From the IMG/VR virus record IMGVR_UViG_3300035128_000056, positions 1 to 64,000 of that record: 64,000 nucleotides of DNA. One strand, 5' to 3'. Source of the DNA: a virus. The position numbers and the translations under genes are program-made. A model generated the notes under the pieces. The model was not told the origin of the DNA. It did no database searches and saw only the letters and a list, made by a program, of their open reading frames with translations. This document shows positions 51,357 through 60,031 of the stretch, piece after piece. Within the stretch, counting starts at the first letter, position 1, and every line of letters starts with the position of its first letter.

Positions 51357-51747
51357 CGCGGCACCTCCTCCCTGACACTGGAGTTCGGAAAGCAACCCCG
51401 TCCGTCGGCGGTAGGTCCCACTCTCCTCCAACCGTGAACAGACCAACGCGTGTTGTGGGAGCCCGGTGTACCTTGCCCAAAAGCCACTCTACCCACTGGC
51501 GCGCAGTATCCGCCTCGTCAAAACAGCCCTGTCTGCGGAAAGAAAACTCGAGATCGTGAAACAGGAACACCCCGGAAGCATCCTTTCCCCAAAGGATCTT
51601 GATGCAGTCCTCAACGCAGTGCCGGCAGATGCTGACACCGGGCCCCTGGATGAGCGTCGAGCAGTCGTCGGCTCTGGCGGTGCAGAACGAGCACGATAGC
51701 ACGCCGACGTCGTGGGCCATGTAAAGAGCAGCGGAACGGTCAGTCAT
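51346..51747 (-). CDS. Protein with ClpX-type C4 zinc-binding domain (ZBD) at the N-terminus
   Basis: 133 aa. LSCSFCTARADDCSTLIQGPGVSICRHCVEDCIKIL parallels the ClpX N-terminal CSFCGK...LI-GP-V-IC-EC---C pattern. No AAA+ module follows. Confidence 0.6.
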   Translation of the reverse strand: MTDRSAALYMAHDVGVLSCSFCTARADDCSTLIQGPGVSICRHCVEDCIKILWGKDASGVFLFHDLEFSFRRQGCFDEADTARQWVEWLLGKVHRAPTTRVGLFTVGGEWDLPPTDGVAFRTPVSGRRCRDGE

Positions 51748-52181
51748 CGTCGGATCTCCTCGATGAAATGCTTGTTGCTCAGAGCGAACGGGCCTCTGGC
51801 GCGCTTCACTAGGCGGATCGCTTCAGCGGCGTCGTGTCCGAGCAGGCGCAGAGCCAACCCGACGACCAGACCTGATCTGTTCAGGCCACCCAGGCAAGTG
51901 ACGAGTGCCCGCTCCTGCTGAGCAATGCATCTCGCCACCCACGCCGCTCCAGCGCGTGCAGTCTGAATCTCCGAATCAGTTGGAATCGAGTCCCGTAGCG
52001 GGCAGCGCACGACGAACGCCACGTCTGCCAGATCCTCGTCGTCCGGGTACACCTCCGGAGCGCAGAGACATACGACAGCGAATTCCTCCAACAGTCCGCG
52101 TGGTAACCATCCGCCTCCCATCCAGAGACCGGCAATAACCTCGTCCTTGCTGGCTCGCGCCAGATCTATTTGGTCGCTCAC
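51744..52181 (-). CDS. Dual-specificity / Cys-based protein phosphatase (CX5R)
   Basis: 145 aa. LVTCLGGLNRSGLVVG is a C-x5-R-S P-loop. Size fits minimal DSP-fold phosphatases. Confidence 0.6.
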   Translation of the reverse strand: MSDQIDLARASKDEVIAGLWMGGGWLPRGLLEEFAVVCLCAPEVYPDDEDLADVAFVVRCPLRDSIPTDSEIQTARAGAAWVARCIAQQERALVTCLGGLNRSGLVVGLALRLLGHDAAEAIRLVKRARGPFALSNKHFIEEIRR

Positions 52182-52420
52182 AACTCCTCCTCAACCCTCC
52201 TGAGATCGCCCGTCGGCTCCGGATTGTTGTACATCTTACCGAGAATGGTGATCGCCAATTTAGCCATTTGGTCTTCGTGCTCTCGGGAGTCGGCAGTGAC
52301 GATGATCGAAGCTGACCCGTTGTGTCTTAGTTCAAACTCGAAGCGGCAGACGGTAGACCCGGTACACTTCTCCAGTGCTCTGATGCACTCGCGGTAGCGT
52401 TCAGTTTCGCTCATGTTCAT
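52178..52420 (-). CDS. Hypothetical protein
   Basis: Start at MNMSETERY (ATG 52420, ATGA overlap with the helicase stop). 80 aa. Confidence 0.45.
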   Translation of the reverse strand: MNMSETERYRECIRALEKCTGSTVCRFEFELRHNGSASIIVTADSREHEDQMAKLAITILGKMYNNPEPTGDLRRVEEEL

Positions 52421-53478
52421 CTCTCCCACCATTCGTCTCCCGGGTTGTCGGCTGCATCGTCGATGTCGGGGGCTGGAGTGCGGTAGCGCTGATCGTCAGG
52501 GTCAGGAATTGAAACGAAGCATGCCGCTGTGTCATCCCACGGGAGCCGAACGAATCCCTTGCGCCCCTGCTTGCATTTGTCCACTAGCGCGCCGCGTTCA
52601 CCAGCTGTCATCACCGTTCGCTCCGTTCCTTCTCGCTTGTTCTTCTCCACGATGTCAGTGCCAGCTATCCCAAGCATCAACACAACCTCAGCCGCGTTCA
52701 CAACGTCACGCGAGTCGCGGATCTGATTGCGCCGTGGCCACTTGTCTGGATCGTCCACCGTCACCTGCGACGTGATGATCAAACACTTCCCTCGCGACCT
52801 GACCACCTCGCGAATCCCGCGGCACATCTCCGTCACCTTGTCGCGCGTCGAGTTGTGTTGCCTCTCGCTGTGCACTTCTTGGAGGTAGTCGATAACCACG
52901 AGGTCAATCGACATGTTGTCCAGGATGCGCTCGACGTCCCTCGCAATCTTCTCGCCCTTCGATCCACACGCATCGACGAACATTGGCTTGCGTTGCCCTT
53001 CCTGGGCCACTCGCATCATGAGTTCCTTGTCCGATGCCGTCAGTTTACCAAGGCGCATCCTGTCCGCAGACACGGGCGCGATGTTCTCCTCCTTCGCTTT
53101 CTTCAGGCACCGGCGCAACATCAACCGATCCCCATACATGGACTCCGGATCCTCCAGTGATACGATGATCACGCCGCGCCCGAGCCTGAGGTTGTCGTCT
53201 GCTACAGCGATAACAAATGACGTCTTGCCAATGCCCGTATCCGCTCCGACAAGCCAGAACCAACCAGGTAATAGGCCTCCCGTCTTCTGGTCCAGGTCGT
53301 AGTTGCCGGTGGTGCAAACGTTGCGCTCTTTGGTGCTCAGAGCGCGACGAATTGATGTCTCAAGGAGATCGCGCTCGGTTCGTATGCGAGGCGCGTCGAC
53401 CAGGCGCTTCGCGCCTTCAATCGGATCTTCTGGAAGGTGTCCAGTGATCGCCAGGTCGTTGTCGTCCGGTGCCGTCAT
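52417..53478 (-). CDS. DnaB-like replicative helicase (RecA-fold C-terminal domain)
   Basis: Start at MTAPDDNDL (ATG 53478, ATGA overlap with primase). Walker A context LVGADTGIGKTSFVIAV. Confidence 0.7.
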   Translation of the reverse strand: MTAPDDNDLAITGHLPEDPIEGAKRLVDAPRIRTERDLLETSIRRALSTKERNVCTTGNYDLDQKTGGLLPGWFWLVGADTGIGKTSFVIAVADDNLRLGRGVIIVSLEDPESMYGDRLMLRRCLKKAKEENIAPVSADRMRLGKLTASDKELMMRVAQEGQRKPMFVDACGSKGEKIARDVERILDNMSIDLVVIDYLQEVHSERQHNSTRDKVTEMCRGIREVVRSRGKCLIITSQVTVDDPDKWPRRNQIRDSRDVVNAAEVVLMLGIAGTDIVEKNKREGTERTVMTAGERGALVDKCKQGRKGFVRLPWDDTAACFVSIPDPDDQRYRTPAPDIDDAADNPGDEWWER

Positions 53479-54473
53479 GCAGCCCGGCTCCTCCACACCT
53501 GGACACGATCGCGCAACGTGCGGAGAATGTGCTGAGCGTACTTCTCTCCTGCATCATCACAATGGGTTCGAACAATGACCTCAGACCCGAACGCAACCCG
53601 GTCTGCGATTGCCTGATCCCAGCTGCCGGACGTGATGCCAACCACGGCATATGCGTTGCGCAGGGCATGCACCAACCAATCAGGCTCCCCTTCGCACACC
53701 ACGAGCCTTCCCGGGTACTGGTCGCGCAGCATGTCGCTCGCAGCCCGGTTCGCCAGGACCAGCCCACGCGCACTGAACCCGGCTTGCGGCAACCGCTTCG
53801 GTGTCTCCTTGTACCCACCAACCCTCCACGCACGGAGTCCGACGAACCTTCCCTGAGCGTCGAAGGTCTGAAATATCAGCCGATGCCCCGTCTCGGGCCA
53901 GGAGCGGCCCTTGTACGTCGCCCAGCTCGGAACCGGGCAACCTCCAGGGATGACCCTTGCTAGGTCGTGCTCGGCCGTTCTGGACGGGTCTATGGCCCTG
54001 CTGGCCAGGTAGTCCGCGACAGCCTGGTCGGTTTTGACGGGCTGAGCCGCATCCCACACGGTCGCGCTCTGCCTTGGGTCTGGTAGCGGCTTCTGCCGTT
54101 CCGGTTGACGGTTCTTTGCTGCCTCGGCATAGGCCTCCCGCTGCCGGCGCATCTGCTCGCGCTCCTCATCGTTGCGCTCTGTGCCGTCGTCGAGGATCAC
54201 CCCGGCGATGTCGGCGGCTTCGCGTAGCGCCTCCTTGAACCCGCAGCCGTTCAGCCGCTGGATCAGGTCCAGCACATCGCTACTCCCGCATCGACTCGCA
54301 CAGATCCAGGTGAGCCGCCCATCCCGTTCGTCGAGGGTGAAGTTGTGCCCGTCCCCGTTGTGCAGTGGGCAGGGGATCCGCTCGCCGCTCCACTTGATGC
54401 CAAGCGCAGCCGCCACACTACGCCAGCCGCGAGCCCGTAGCGCCTCATGGACCACCGCCACGTCGTCGCTCAT
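53475..54473 (-). CDS. DNA primase (zinc finger + Toprim)
   Basis: 332 aa. CPLHNGDGHNFTL...CASRCG zinc-binding region. Toprim-like VVCEGEPDWL and HCDDAGEKYA. Confidence 0.6.
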   Translation of the reverse strand: MSDDVAVVHEALRARGWRSVAAALGIKWSGERIPCPLHNGDGHNFTLDERDGRLTWICASRCGSSDVLDLIQRLNGCGFKEALREAADIAGVILDDGTERNDEEREQMRRQREAYAEAAKNRQPERQKPLPDPRQSATVWDAAQPVKTDQAVADYLASRAIDPSRTAEHDLARVIPGGCPVPSWATYKGRSWPETGHRLIFQTFDAQGRFVGLRAWRVGGYKETPKRLPQAGFSARGLVLANRAASDMLRDQYPGRLVVCEGEPDWLVHALRNAYAVVGITSGSWDQAIADRVAFGSEVIVRTHCDDAGEKYAQHILRTLRDRVQVWRSRAA

Positions 54474-54721
54474 TCAAAGTCCTCCGCGTAGATGACGGAC
54501 CTTGGCACCGGAGCCCCGCTTGCTTCGCATATCTCAGCGATGCTCGGTGGAAACTTAGAAGTCCTGGCAAGCAATCGGACCGCTGGGATGAGTCGGTCGC
54601 GCGGGATGTCAGCGACAAGGCTCCCCCATACCTCGCACCTCTCCGGTTTCTCGAAGCCCGCCTCCCACCGCGGGAATGCAACTGCCAGGATCTCGAACGC
54701 CTCTTTCGCGTGAGCCTTCAT
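54470..54721 (-). CDS. Hypothetical replication-module protein
   Basis: Start at MKAHAKEAFE (ATG 54721, ATGA overlap). 83 aa between the replication-organizer-like gene and primase. Confidence 0.45.
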   Translation of the reverse strand: MKAHAKEAFEILAVAFPRWEAGFEKPERCEVWGSLVADIPRDRLIPAVRLLARTSKFPPSIAEICEASGAPVPRSVIYAEDFE

Positions 54722-55587
54722 TCGTCCTCCACCTGAACCTGGTCGATCGCGGAGATTCGTCGCCCATTGGAAGTTGTTGTCGGAGCGCCGCTTGCCAGCC
54801 ACTTGTCGACCTTCTCGTCGCTGCCCATGATGTTGTCGATGTCGCCGTAGAACTTGCCGCCCGCGTTCTTCCCCATGTGGAACTCGGAAGCGGCAGCGCG
54901 ATCAATGACCAGGCACAGGTCTTCCAGCGAGTACTTCTTGAGCCTGGCCCGCACCCGCTTCTTGCGCTGGTCGGTGAATTCAACCTCCCGTTTGCTGCGC
55001 TTAGTCCAGATGCGCTCCTTCCAGTGTTCGAACACCCGCTCGTCGTCCGGTCGCTCTGGTACCGGGGTCAGCCCCCATGGATCCGACTCCTCCCCCTGTA
55101 CCCCCTCCTTGGCAGAAGCAGATCCAGAAGCACAAACAGAAGCAGGGTCAATGTTTGTGTCAATGACTTTCGTATTGACACGTTTTGATGCCCGTTTCTC
55201 CGCAGCTTTCTTTGCCTTTTTCCTCTCCCTGCTCTCTGCCTGCTTGACTCTGTTGTACTCTCTCTGCTCCGCCGAGTTCGCCATCGATCGGTAGTGAGGG
55301 TGGGTGACCACTCGGTAGAGGAAAGCACCTTGGTGGACTAGCCGGCGCCCCTCCTCGTCCGGGTTCCTGGACTCCGGGTCCGGCTGGCACAGGAAACAGA
55401 TCGCGTTCCGTACGCAGTCCTCTGGCGCCCCGAGTTGTGCGGACATGAGCTTCGGATTGAGTTCGACCTGGCCGTCGACAGCATGTGCGATGACGTACCC
55501 CCAAACAGCAAACACGTCGGTTCCAACCCCACACATTGACCCGGTGTACATGCTCGCGAAGTGCTTTCCGTACAGTGCAGCCATCAC
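54718..55587 (-). CDS. Replication organizer / initiator-like protein (phage conserved C-terminal domain)
   Basis: 289 aa. The C-terminal VFEHWKERIW...RVRARLKKYSLEDLCLVIDRAAASEFHMG pattern resembles the phage replication-protein C-terminal domain as recalled. First gene of the helicase-primase block. Confidence 0.4.
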   Translation of the reverse strand: MMAALYGKHFASMYTGSMCGVGTDVFAVWGYVIAHAVDGQVELNPKLMSAQLGAPEDCVRNAICFLCQPDPESRNPDEEGRRLVHQGAFLYRVVTHPHYRSMANSAEQREYNRVKQAESRERKKAKKAAEKRASKRVNTKVIDTNIDPASVCASGSASAKEGVQGEESDPWGLTPVPERPDDERVFEHWKERIWTKRSKREVEFTDQRKKRVRARLKKYSLEDLCLVIDRAAASEFHMGKNAGGKFYGDIDNIMGSDEKVDKWLASGAPTTTSNGRRISAIDQVQVEDE

Positions 55588-55841
55588 CCAGGATCCTCGT
55601 CCAGTTCGTATCTGCGCCTACAATGCCTGCACTCGATCGCGTTCGGCATGGCATGCGGCCCGAGGTCAAAAACGATACCCATCCCGGTCTGCGCCATCGG
55701 AGTACCGAGAACCGGGAGTTGCGATTCATTCCCGCAGCCGAGGCACGTGAACAACACGCACCGGCCGTCTTGAGGAACCTTGCCCCAATCGAGAATGCGC
55801 CATCGTTTCAGCTTACCGGCCACTCCGCACACCCCTACCAT
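55584..55841 (-). CDS. Small zinc-ribbon protein
   Basis: 85 aa. CLGCG...CRHC. ATGA overlap downstream. Confidence 0.45.
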   Translation of the reverse strand: MVGVCGVAGKLKRWRILDWGKVPQDGRCVLFTCLGCGNESQLPVLGTPMAQTGMGIVFDLGPHAMPNAIECRHCRRRYELDEDPG

Positions 55842-55852
55842 AGATGAATCGT

Positions 55853-55882
55853 TGCGTCAATACGAACGATGACTTTGACGCA
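55853..55882. promoter_or_regulatory. 8-bp inverted repeat TGCGTCAA-N14-TTGACGCA in an 87-nt low-GC intergenic gap (operator/promoter candidate)
   Basis: Arms at 55853-55860 and 55875-55882. Each arm contains a TTGACG -35-like hexamer on one strand. Lies between an HTH gene and the replication block. Confidence 0.35.
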
Positions 55883-55928
55883 TCCACGACTGAAATGGTC
55901 GCTCCGTGATCGGTTTCATGGTTGCCAC

Positions 55929-56183
55929 TCAATACGCCTCAACAATCCAGTCGCCGCGCTTCAGTTCTCCCACGCCACCCTGGGAACTACCAAGTGCGAC
56001 AGCCAGCCCGAGGTATTTTTCAAATGGCGGCTCGTAAGGCATCGGCTCCCACTCGATCACGTCCTCGATCGTCTGCATCGACACGCCAAAGCGTCTTGCA
56101 GCCATTCGCAGCGTTGGAACGACACCAGCATCGGTCTTCCGACGCGCCCAGTTCCAGACGTTAGTTTTTGAAAAGTCGCTCAC
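55929..56183 (-). CDS. Small HTH protein
   Basis: GTG start 56183 (GTGA overlap). LRMAARRFGVSMQTIEDVI is HTH-like. 84 aa. Confidence 0.45.
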   Translation of the reverse strand: MSDFSKTNVWNWARRKTDAGVVPTLRMAARRFGVSMQTIEDVIEWEPMPYEPPFEKYLGLAVALGSSQGGVGELKRGDWIVEAY

Positions 56184-56885
56184 TTCACCTCGAACGTAAC
56201 CACCCAACACCACGGATTGCTCTCCCACGAGTTCGGGCTCCACCCATGCGTCTCGTTCCAATCATACTCGAATGCAGCCAAGTGCTCGCGCCCAGGATTG
56301 TTGCACGCCGACCAGCAATCTCCAGGGTCCAGGTCCTGGTTCGGCCCTGGTGGGAACGGCGTCACTCCCTCCGCCCGCGCATCCTCCTCGGTGATGTCTT
56401 GAAGCCGCTGGGCGCGGACGTCGGTGACCAGCAGTGTGAGGCGGGAAGCCCACCGCGGCATGTGATGGCCGCCACTTGATATGGTCGAAGGCGCCATCGG
56501 AGTACTCCGGTGCTGGCGGTATTACGTCGCCGTCTCGATACACATGCGTCCCGTCCTTCAATAGAGCGAAGTCGGCGGCGGAGATTGAGCAAGTGTCTCC
56601 CCTCCACAGTGGAGAAAATGTCTCCCTCACCCAGAGCAGCTCTCCCGGCTTCCCGTATGGGCACTTGATCGAACACTCCTGGTAGAATTTGTATGGATCC
56701 GTCTCGCGCCACGGAGCGCGCCCCCAATACAACACTCCGTCATTCAGACTCATGGCCCATCGGTGCTTGCGCTTGTCCACGTCCGGCTGCGGCTTGATCA
56801 GTCTCCGCGTCTGCGTCTTCCTACCGTCGAGGATCGCGCGAACCTGGTCGGGTCGGAAGAGGATTGGTCTGCAGTTAGGGGTCAT
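56180..56885 (-). pseudogene. ASCH-domain gene split by a frameshift near 56462-56467
   Basis: Track ORF 56262..56885 gives ILFRPDQVRAILDGRKTQTRR...GELLWVRETF...DHIKWRPS, then runs out of family-like sequence. ORF 56180..56497 in the +1 frame continues HMPRWASRLTLLVTDVRAQRLQDITEEDARAEGV. Junction CCATCACATGCC. Confidence 0.6.
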
Positions 56886-57256
56886 CTCCCACCTTCCTTC
56901 ACCGCCTTGACGAGGGCGCGGACGCAGTCGGCAAGGGTGCTAGCGCCGCCCACACGGTAGCAGTCGTCGATCGCATCTGACACAGCAAGTGCTGACCAGA
57001 CTCCGGGTGCTCCTGGCATGAGGTAACCGACCAGTCCGTGGTCGTAGTGCGTTAGATACCACTCCCGATGCGGCACCGAGTACCGCAACCGCAACCCGGT
57101 AGGCTTCGGAGCGAGCAGCAGGTCCCTGCCGTACCGGAGCAAATCGGTGAATGGTGCGTCGGGATAGTTGCGAATGTGACGTTCTAGCAGAAGCAACTCG
57201 CGCGAGCACCATCTCCGCGACCCGTCCGGCGCGGTGAAGTAGTGGCGGTCAGTCAT
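56882..57256 (-). CDS. Hypothetical protein
   Basis: Start at [10 protein letters not shown] (ATG 57256, ATGA overlap). 124 aa. Confidence 0.45.
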   Translation of the reverse strand: MTDRHYFTAPDGSRRWCSRELLLLERHIRNYPDAPFTDLLRYGRDLLLAPKPTGLRLRYSVPHREWYLTHYDHGLVGYLMPGAPGVWSALAVSDAIDDCYRVGGASTLADCVRALVKAVKEGGR

Positions 57257-57795
57257 CGGTACACCGGTCCAGAAATGAACGTAGCATTCGTCGTCGGGTT
57301 CGACAGCGTGCGGATGAACCACAGCCAGACGACCAGTCGCAGCGCCGCGAATCTAGTCTTGGGGACGTCCTCCGCCAACTCGCACTCTCCGAGCAGTTCC
57401 ACCATGTCGTCATACCCAAGATCGCGGCATTCCAACTCCTTGGCGACCCGCTGGATGTCTTCTGCATACACCTCCACCAAGCCCCGTGCCATGCCCAGTA
57501 CGCTGGCAAGCGACCGACCACGGAACCCGAGAGCGACGAGAGTCAGATGGTCGTCGACGGTGATGTGCTCCCGCTGCATTCCGTTCCACTTCACGTCAGC
57601 GGCATGGCCCGCGGCGGTGACGATTCCAATCGCCAGCGGGTCGCATCCTGGATCATGGCCGGTCGATCCTCCGTCCTCGGTCAGCTCGACGAACGAGACC
57701 CGGTAGCCAATGCGCCACGCTGCTACCGCGTGGGACGCCTCATGAAGTGCCGCGCGTTTATCCCGTGTGCTAGCTGCATTCGTCATCGACTTCAT
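57253..57795 (-). CDS. HExxH zinc-metallopeptidase-like protein (FtsH/M41-like motif)
   Basis: [13 protein letters not shown] resembles the FtsH HEAGHA site. Start uncertain (ATG 57825, 57795 or 57786) because the N-terminus lies in a 20-bp direct repeat encoding MKSMTN twice. Confidence 0.45.
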   Translation of the reverse strand: MKSMTNAASTRDKRAALHEASHAVAAWRIGYRVSFVELTEDGGSTGHDPGCDPLAIGIVTAAGHAADVKWNGMQREHITVDDHLTLVALGFRGRSLASVLGMARGLVEVYAEDIQRVAKELECRDLGYDDMVELLGECELAEDVPKTRFAALRLVVWLWFIRTLSNPTTNATFISGPVYR

Positions 57796-58309
57796 CCTCC
57801 GTGTCCAGTTCGTCATCGACTTCATCCTGGAATTTTCGCCGACGAATCAGCCCAGGCTCCGTGAACTCGCGCAACGCCTCCGCCTGCATCTTGGTGAGTG
57901 CCTTCGCCTCGATTTGGCGGACGCGCTCGCGGGTCAGATTCATGATGGAGCCCACATCTTCGAGGGTGGTTCCATGGCGGTCAGCGACGTCCAGGGCGCA
58001 TGACTCCGTGAGCTCCCACACCTCGAGGTCGGGGAAGTTTGTCTTGATGGATCCATTCTTCGGAGAGACGTCGATGTATAGGTTGTAGCGGCATCCGACC
58101 ATAGGGCAAGGACGCGGTCCATACTGGCATTCTCCGCGCGTAGTTGGCAGCCCTGGGTGGTTGTCGGGTACCGGGTTCTCGCGACGCCACCGCTCGCGCT
58201 CAGCCACCGTTGTGCGCTTCATGCTCACGGTAACCGCCCGCACCTCACGCTTACGGCGTGACCGAAGCTGCCGTCGGGAGAGAGTGATTGTCACTCCCAC
58301 GGTGTCCAC
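57770..58309 (-). CDS. Sigma-70 region-4-like HTH DNA-binding protein
   Basis: 179 aa. [27 protein letters not shown] is a region 4.2-type HTH. Preceded by a Cys cluster [13 protein letters not shown]. Acidic tail. Confidence 0.6.
   Translation of the reverse strand: MDTVGVTITLSRRQLRSRRKREVRAVTVSMKRTTVAERERWRRENPVPDNHPGLPTTRGECQYGPRPCPMVGCRYNLYIDVSPKNGSIKTNFPDLEVWELTESCALDVADRHGTTLEDVGSIMNLTRERVRQIEAKALTKMQAEALREFTEPGLIRRRKFQDEVDDELDTEDEVDDECS
57779..57828. repeat. 20-bp direct repeat TTCGTCATCGACTTCATCCT, two copies 30 bp apart
   Basis: Copies at 57779-57798 and 57809-57828, in the overlap between the sigma-like gene 3' end (DEVDDE twice) and the metallopeptidase-like gene 5' end (MKSMTN twice). 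Confidence 0.9.
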
Positions 58310-58530
58310 TCCTGTTGTAGAGCGCGCACGTCTTCTGCAGAGACGCCACGGCTCAGTAGCCCGCTCCGCAGCTTCGACAACGCGGCCCGCTCAATCTTGC
58401 CGACCATGGCTCGACTGATTCCGAGGACGCTGGCAACCTGGGCGTGGCTCATGTCGGCGAGTCCAACGGTTGGCCCGTGCCGCGCTTGGTTCACTGGCGC
58501 GCTGGTGCGGCGGTGGAGGCGTCTGCGCAT
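58291..58530 (-). CDS. Small sigma-70 region-4-like HTH protein
   Basis: Start at [10 protein letters not shown] (ATG 58530, TGATG overlap). [28 protein letters not shown]. Confidence 0.55.
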   Translation of the reverse strand: MRRRLHRRTSAPVNQARHGPTVGLADMSHAQVASVLGISRAMVGKIERAALSKLRSGLLSRGVSAEDVRALQQEWTPWE

Positions 58531-59768
58531 CAGAAGAGACTCCCCTGCCGCACCGCGCCCTCGAGGGGCAGGCAGTGCGGGCTGAACCAGATCCGCTCCT
58601 TGTCGCGGTTCTTCCCGGACCCGTAGCCCTTCACGCCCTTCCAGGCGTGAACGGTCCAACCGGGCGGGATCTCGTGCTCGCCAGAGTACCCGCACAGAGC
58701 TATTCGGAGGTCCGGATCATCTCCGTGCTCGAGTGCCCACTCCCGAACCTTGGTGGAGATGGCGCCGTCATCGACTGAGTAGATGTTTGGGTCCCGGAGT
58801 TCGTCGTTGTACGGCGGATCGAGGAATACGGCGCACGGGACCATCCCACTGTTCCGGGTCCTGGTCGTTCCAAGGACGCTCGGAGTCAGCACCCGACTCC
58901 AGTCCCCACAGACGATCCGAACGCGTCTGAGACGATCAGCAAGCGCTAGGAACCAACCGAAGCACGGGGGGGCCCTCCCAGCCTCGAGTTCGGCTGCCAG
59001 CGCGTTGACGATCTCCGCGTGTCCGGCCGGAATGCGATCCCGCCCGATGCCGCGCCGAGTGTTGCCAAGGTTCAGGCCGCGCGAGTTGCACCCTCGATCG
59101 GGGATTATCGGCCGCTTCTCGGCAACGTGGATTCCCTTGTTCCCGTGCAGGCCTGGTCGCACATCCCAGTCGACGCTGGGTGCATACGCCTCCACGGAGT
59201 CCCGCTCAGGCAGTGCCGATCGTACTCCCCGGCCAGCACCCCGCCCGTACAAGTCGGGAATCTTCTGGTGGACCCCGGTCGGGTTTCCAAGATGTGGGCG
59301 AGGCTCGCCGTGTTCCGTCCCCTGACCAGGCTCTCGGCACCAGCCGGACCCGATCCAGGTCGCTGCCCCGTACAGCCACCAGCCCGCGATCTTGGGGTCG
59401 TGGAAGGCGGGGTCACCGAGCATCTTCTCGCGGAACTCGGCGGTCTGCTGCAGGTGCGCGACAAGCCACCTATGTCGAGCGTTCTGGTCGACCTCGGACA
59501 CCGGCCAGTCGCAATAGGCCGCCACCTCGTAGGGGTCTTGCTGGATGGCGCGCCAGACGTTTGCGACCATCAGAGCGCGGTCGTTCACCGTCTCGAGCTT
59601 CCCGGCGCCGCCAGGGCGTGCGAGGAGCACCGCAAGCGAGCCAGCGAATGGCTCGACGTAGGAAGAGACATCAGCCCCGAAGGCGCGCCACACGACGGGG
59701 GCAACCTTGCCCTTGCCGCCGAAGTAGCTGAACGGCGCTCTGACCGCTTCTCGGGAGACTGCCGCCAC
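58530..59768 (-). CDS. Dam-like (D12 class) N6-adenine DNA methyltransferase with a large insertion
   Basis: 412 aa, GTG start. FSYFGGKGK, VEPFAGSLAV and VFLDPPYND in the D12-class order, with about 200 aa between the SAM-binding and DPPY motifs. Confidence 0.65.
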   Translation of the reverse strand: MAAVSREAVRAPFSYFGGKGKVAPVVWRAFGADVSSYVEPFAGSLAVLLARPGGAGKLETVNDRALMVANVWRAIQQDPYEVAAYCDWPVSEVDQNARHRWLVAHLQQTAEFREKMLGDPAFHDPKIAGWWLYGAATWIGSGWCREPGQGTEHGEPRPHLGNPTGVHQKIPDLYGRGAGRGVRSALPERDSVEAYAPSVDWDVRPGLHGNKGIHVAEKRPIIPDRGCNSRGLNLGNTRRGIGRDRIPAGHAEIVNALAAELEAGRAPPCFGWFLALADRLRRVRIVCGDWSRVLTPSVLGTTRTRNSGMVPCAVFLDPPYNDELRDPNIYSVDDGAISTKVREWALEHGDDPDLRIALCGYSGEHEIPPGWTVHAWKGVKGYGSGKNRDKERIWFSPHCLPLEGAVRQGSLF

Positions 59769-59830
59769 TACCGAACCCCCTTCACCTCTCCAGGTGGCTT
59801 CGGGGGACGACCTCGTCCGCGCTTTTCCAT

Positions 59831-60031
59831 CTACTCCAATCCCCTCCTTGAATGCTCCGCTTCGACGAGTTCACCAAATCCGGCGCATGGAATCCCGATT
59901 AGCGCCTCTGGACCGTCAGCCTCAAAAGGAATGATCGTCACATCGCGTAGGTCTGGGGCAGGGTGTTCAACCAGATGCGGCTGCGCTGTGATGCAGTTGC
60001 ACCGCGTATGGTTGCAGCGTGGGCACTTCAC
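59831..60031 (-). CDS. Small zinc-ribbon protein
   Basis: 66 aa. MKCPRCNHTRCNC. Start overlaps the upstream stop. Confidence 0.45.
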   Translation of the reverse strand: MKCPRCNHTRCNCITAQPHLVEHPAPDLRDVTIIPFEADGPEALIGIPCAGFGELVEAEHSRRGLE

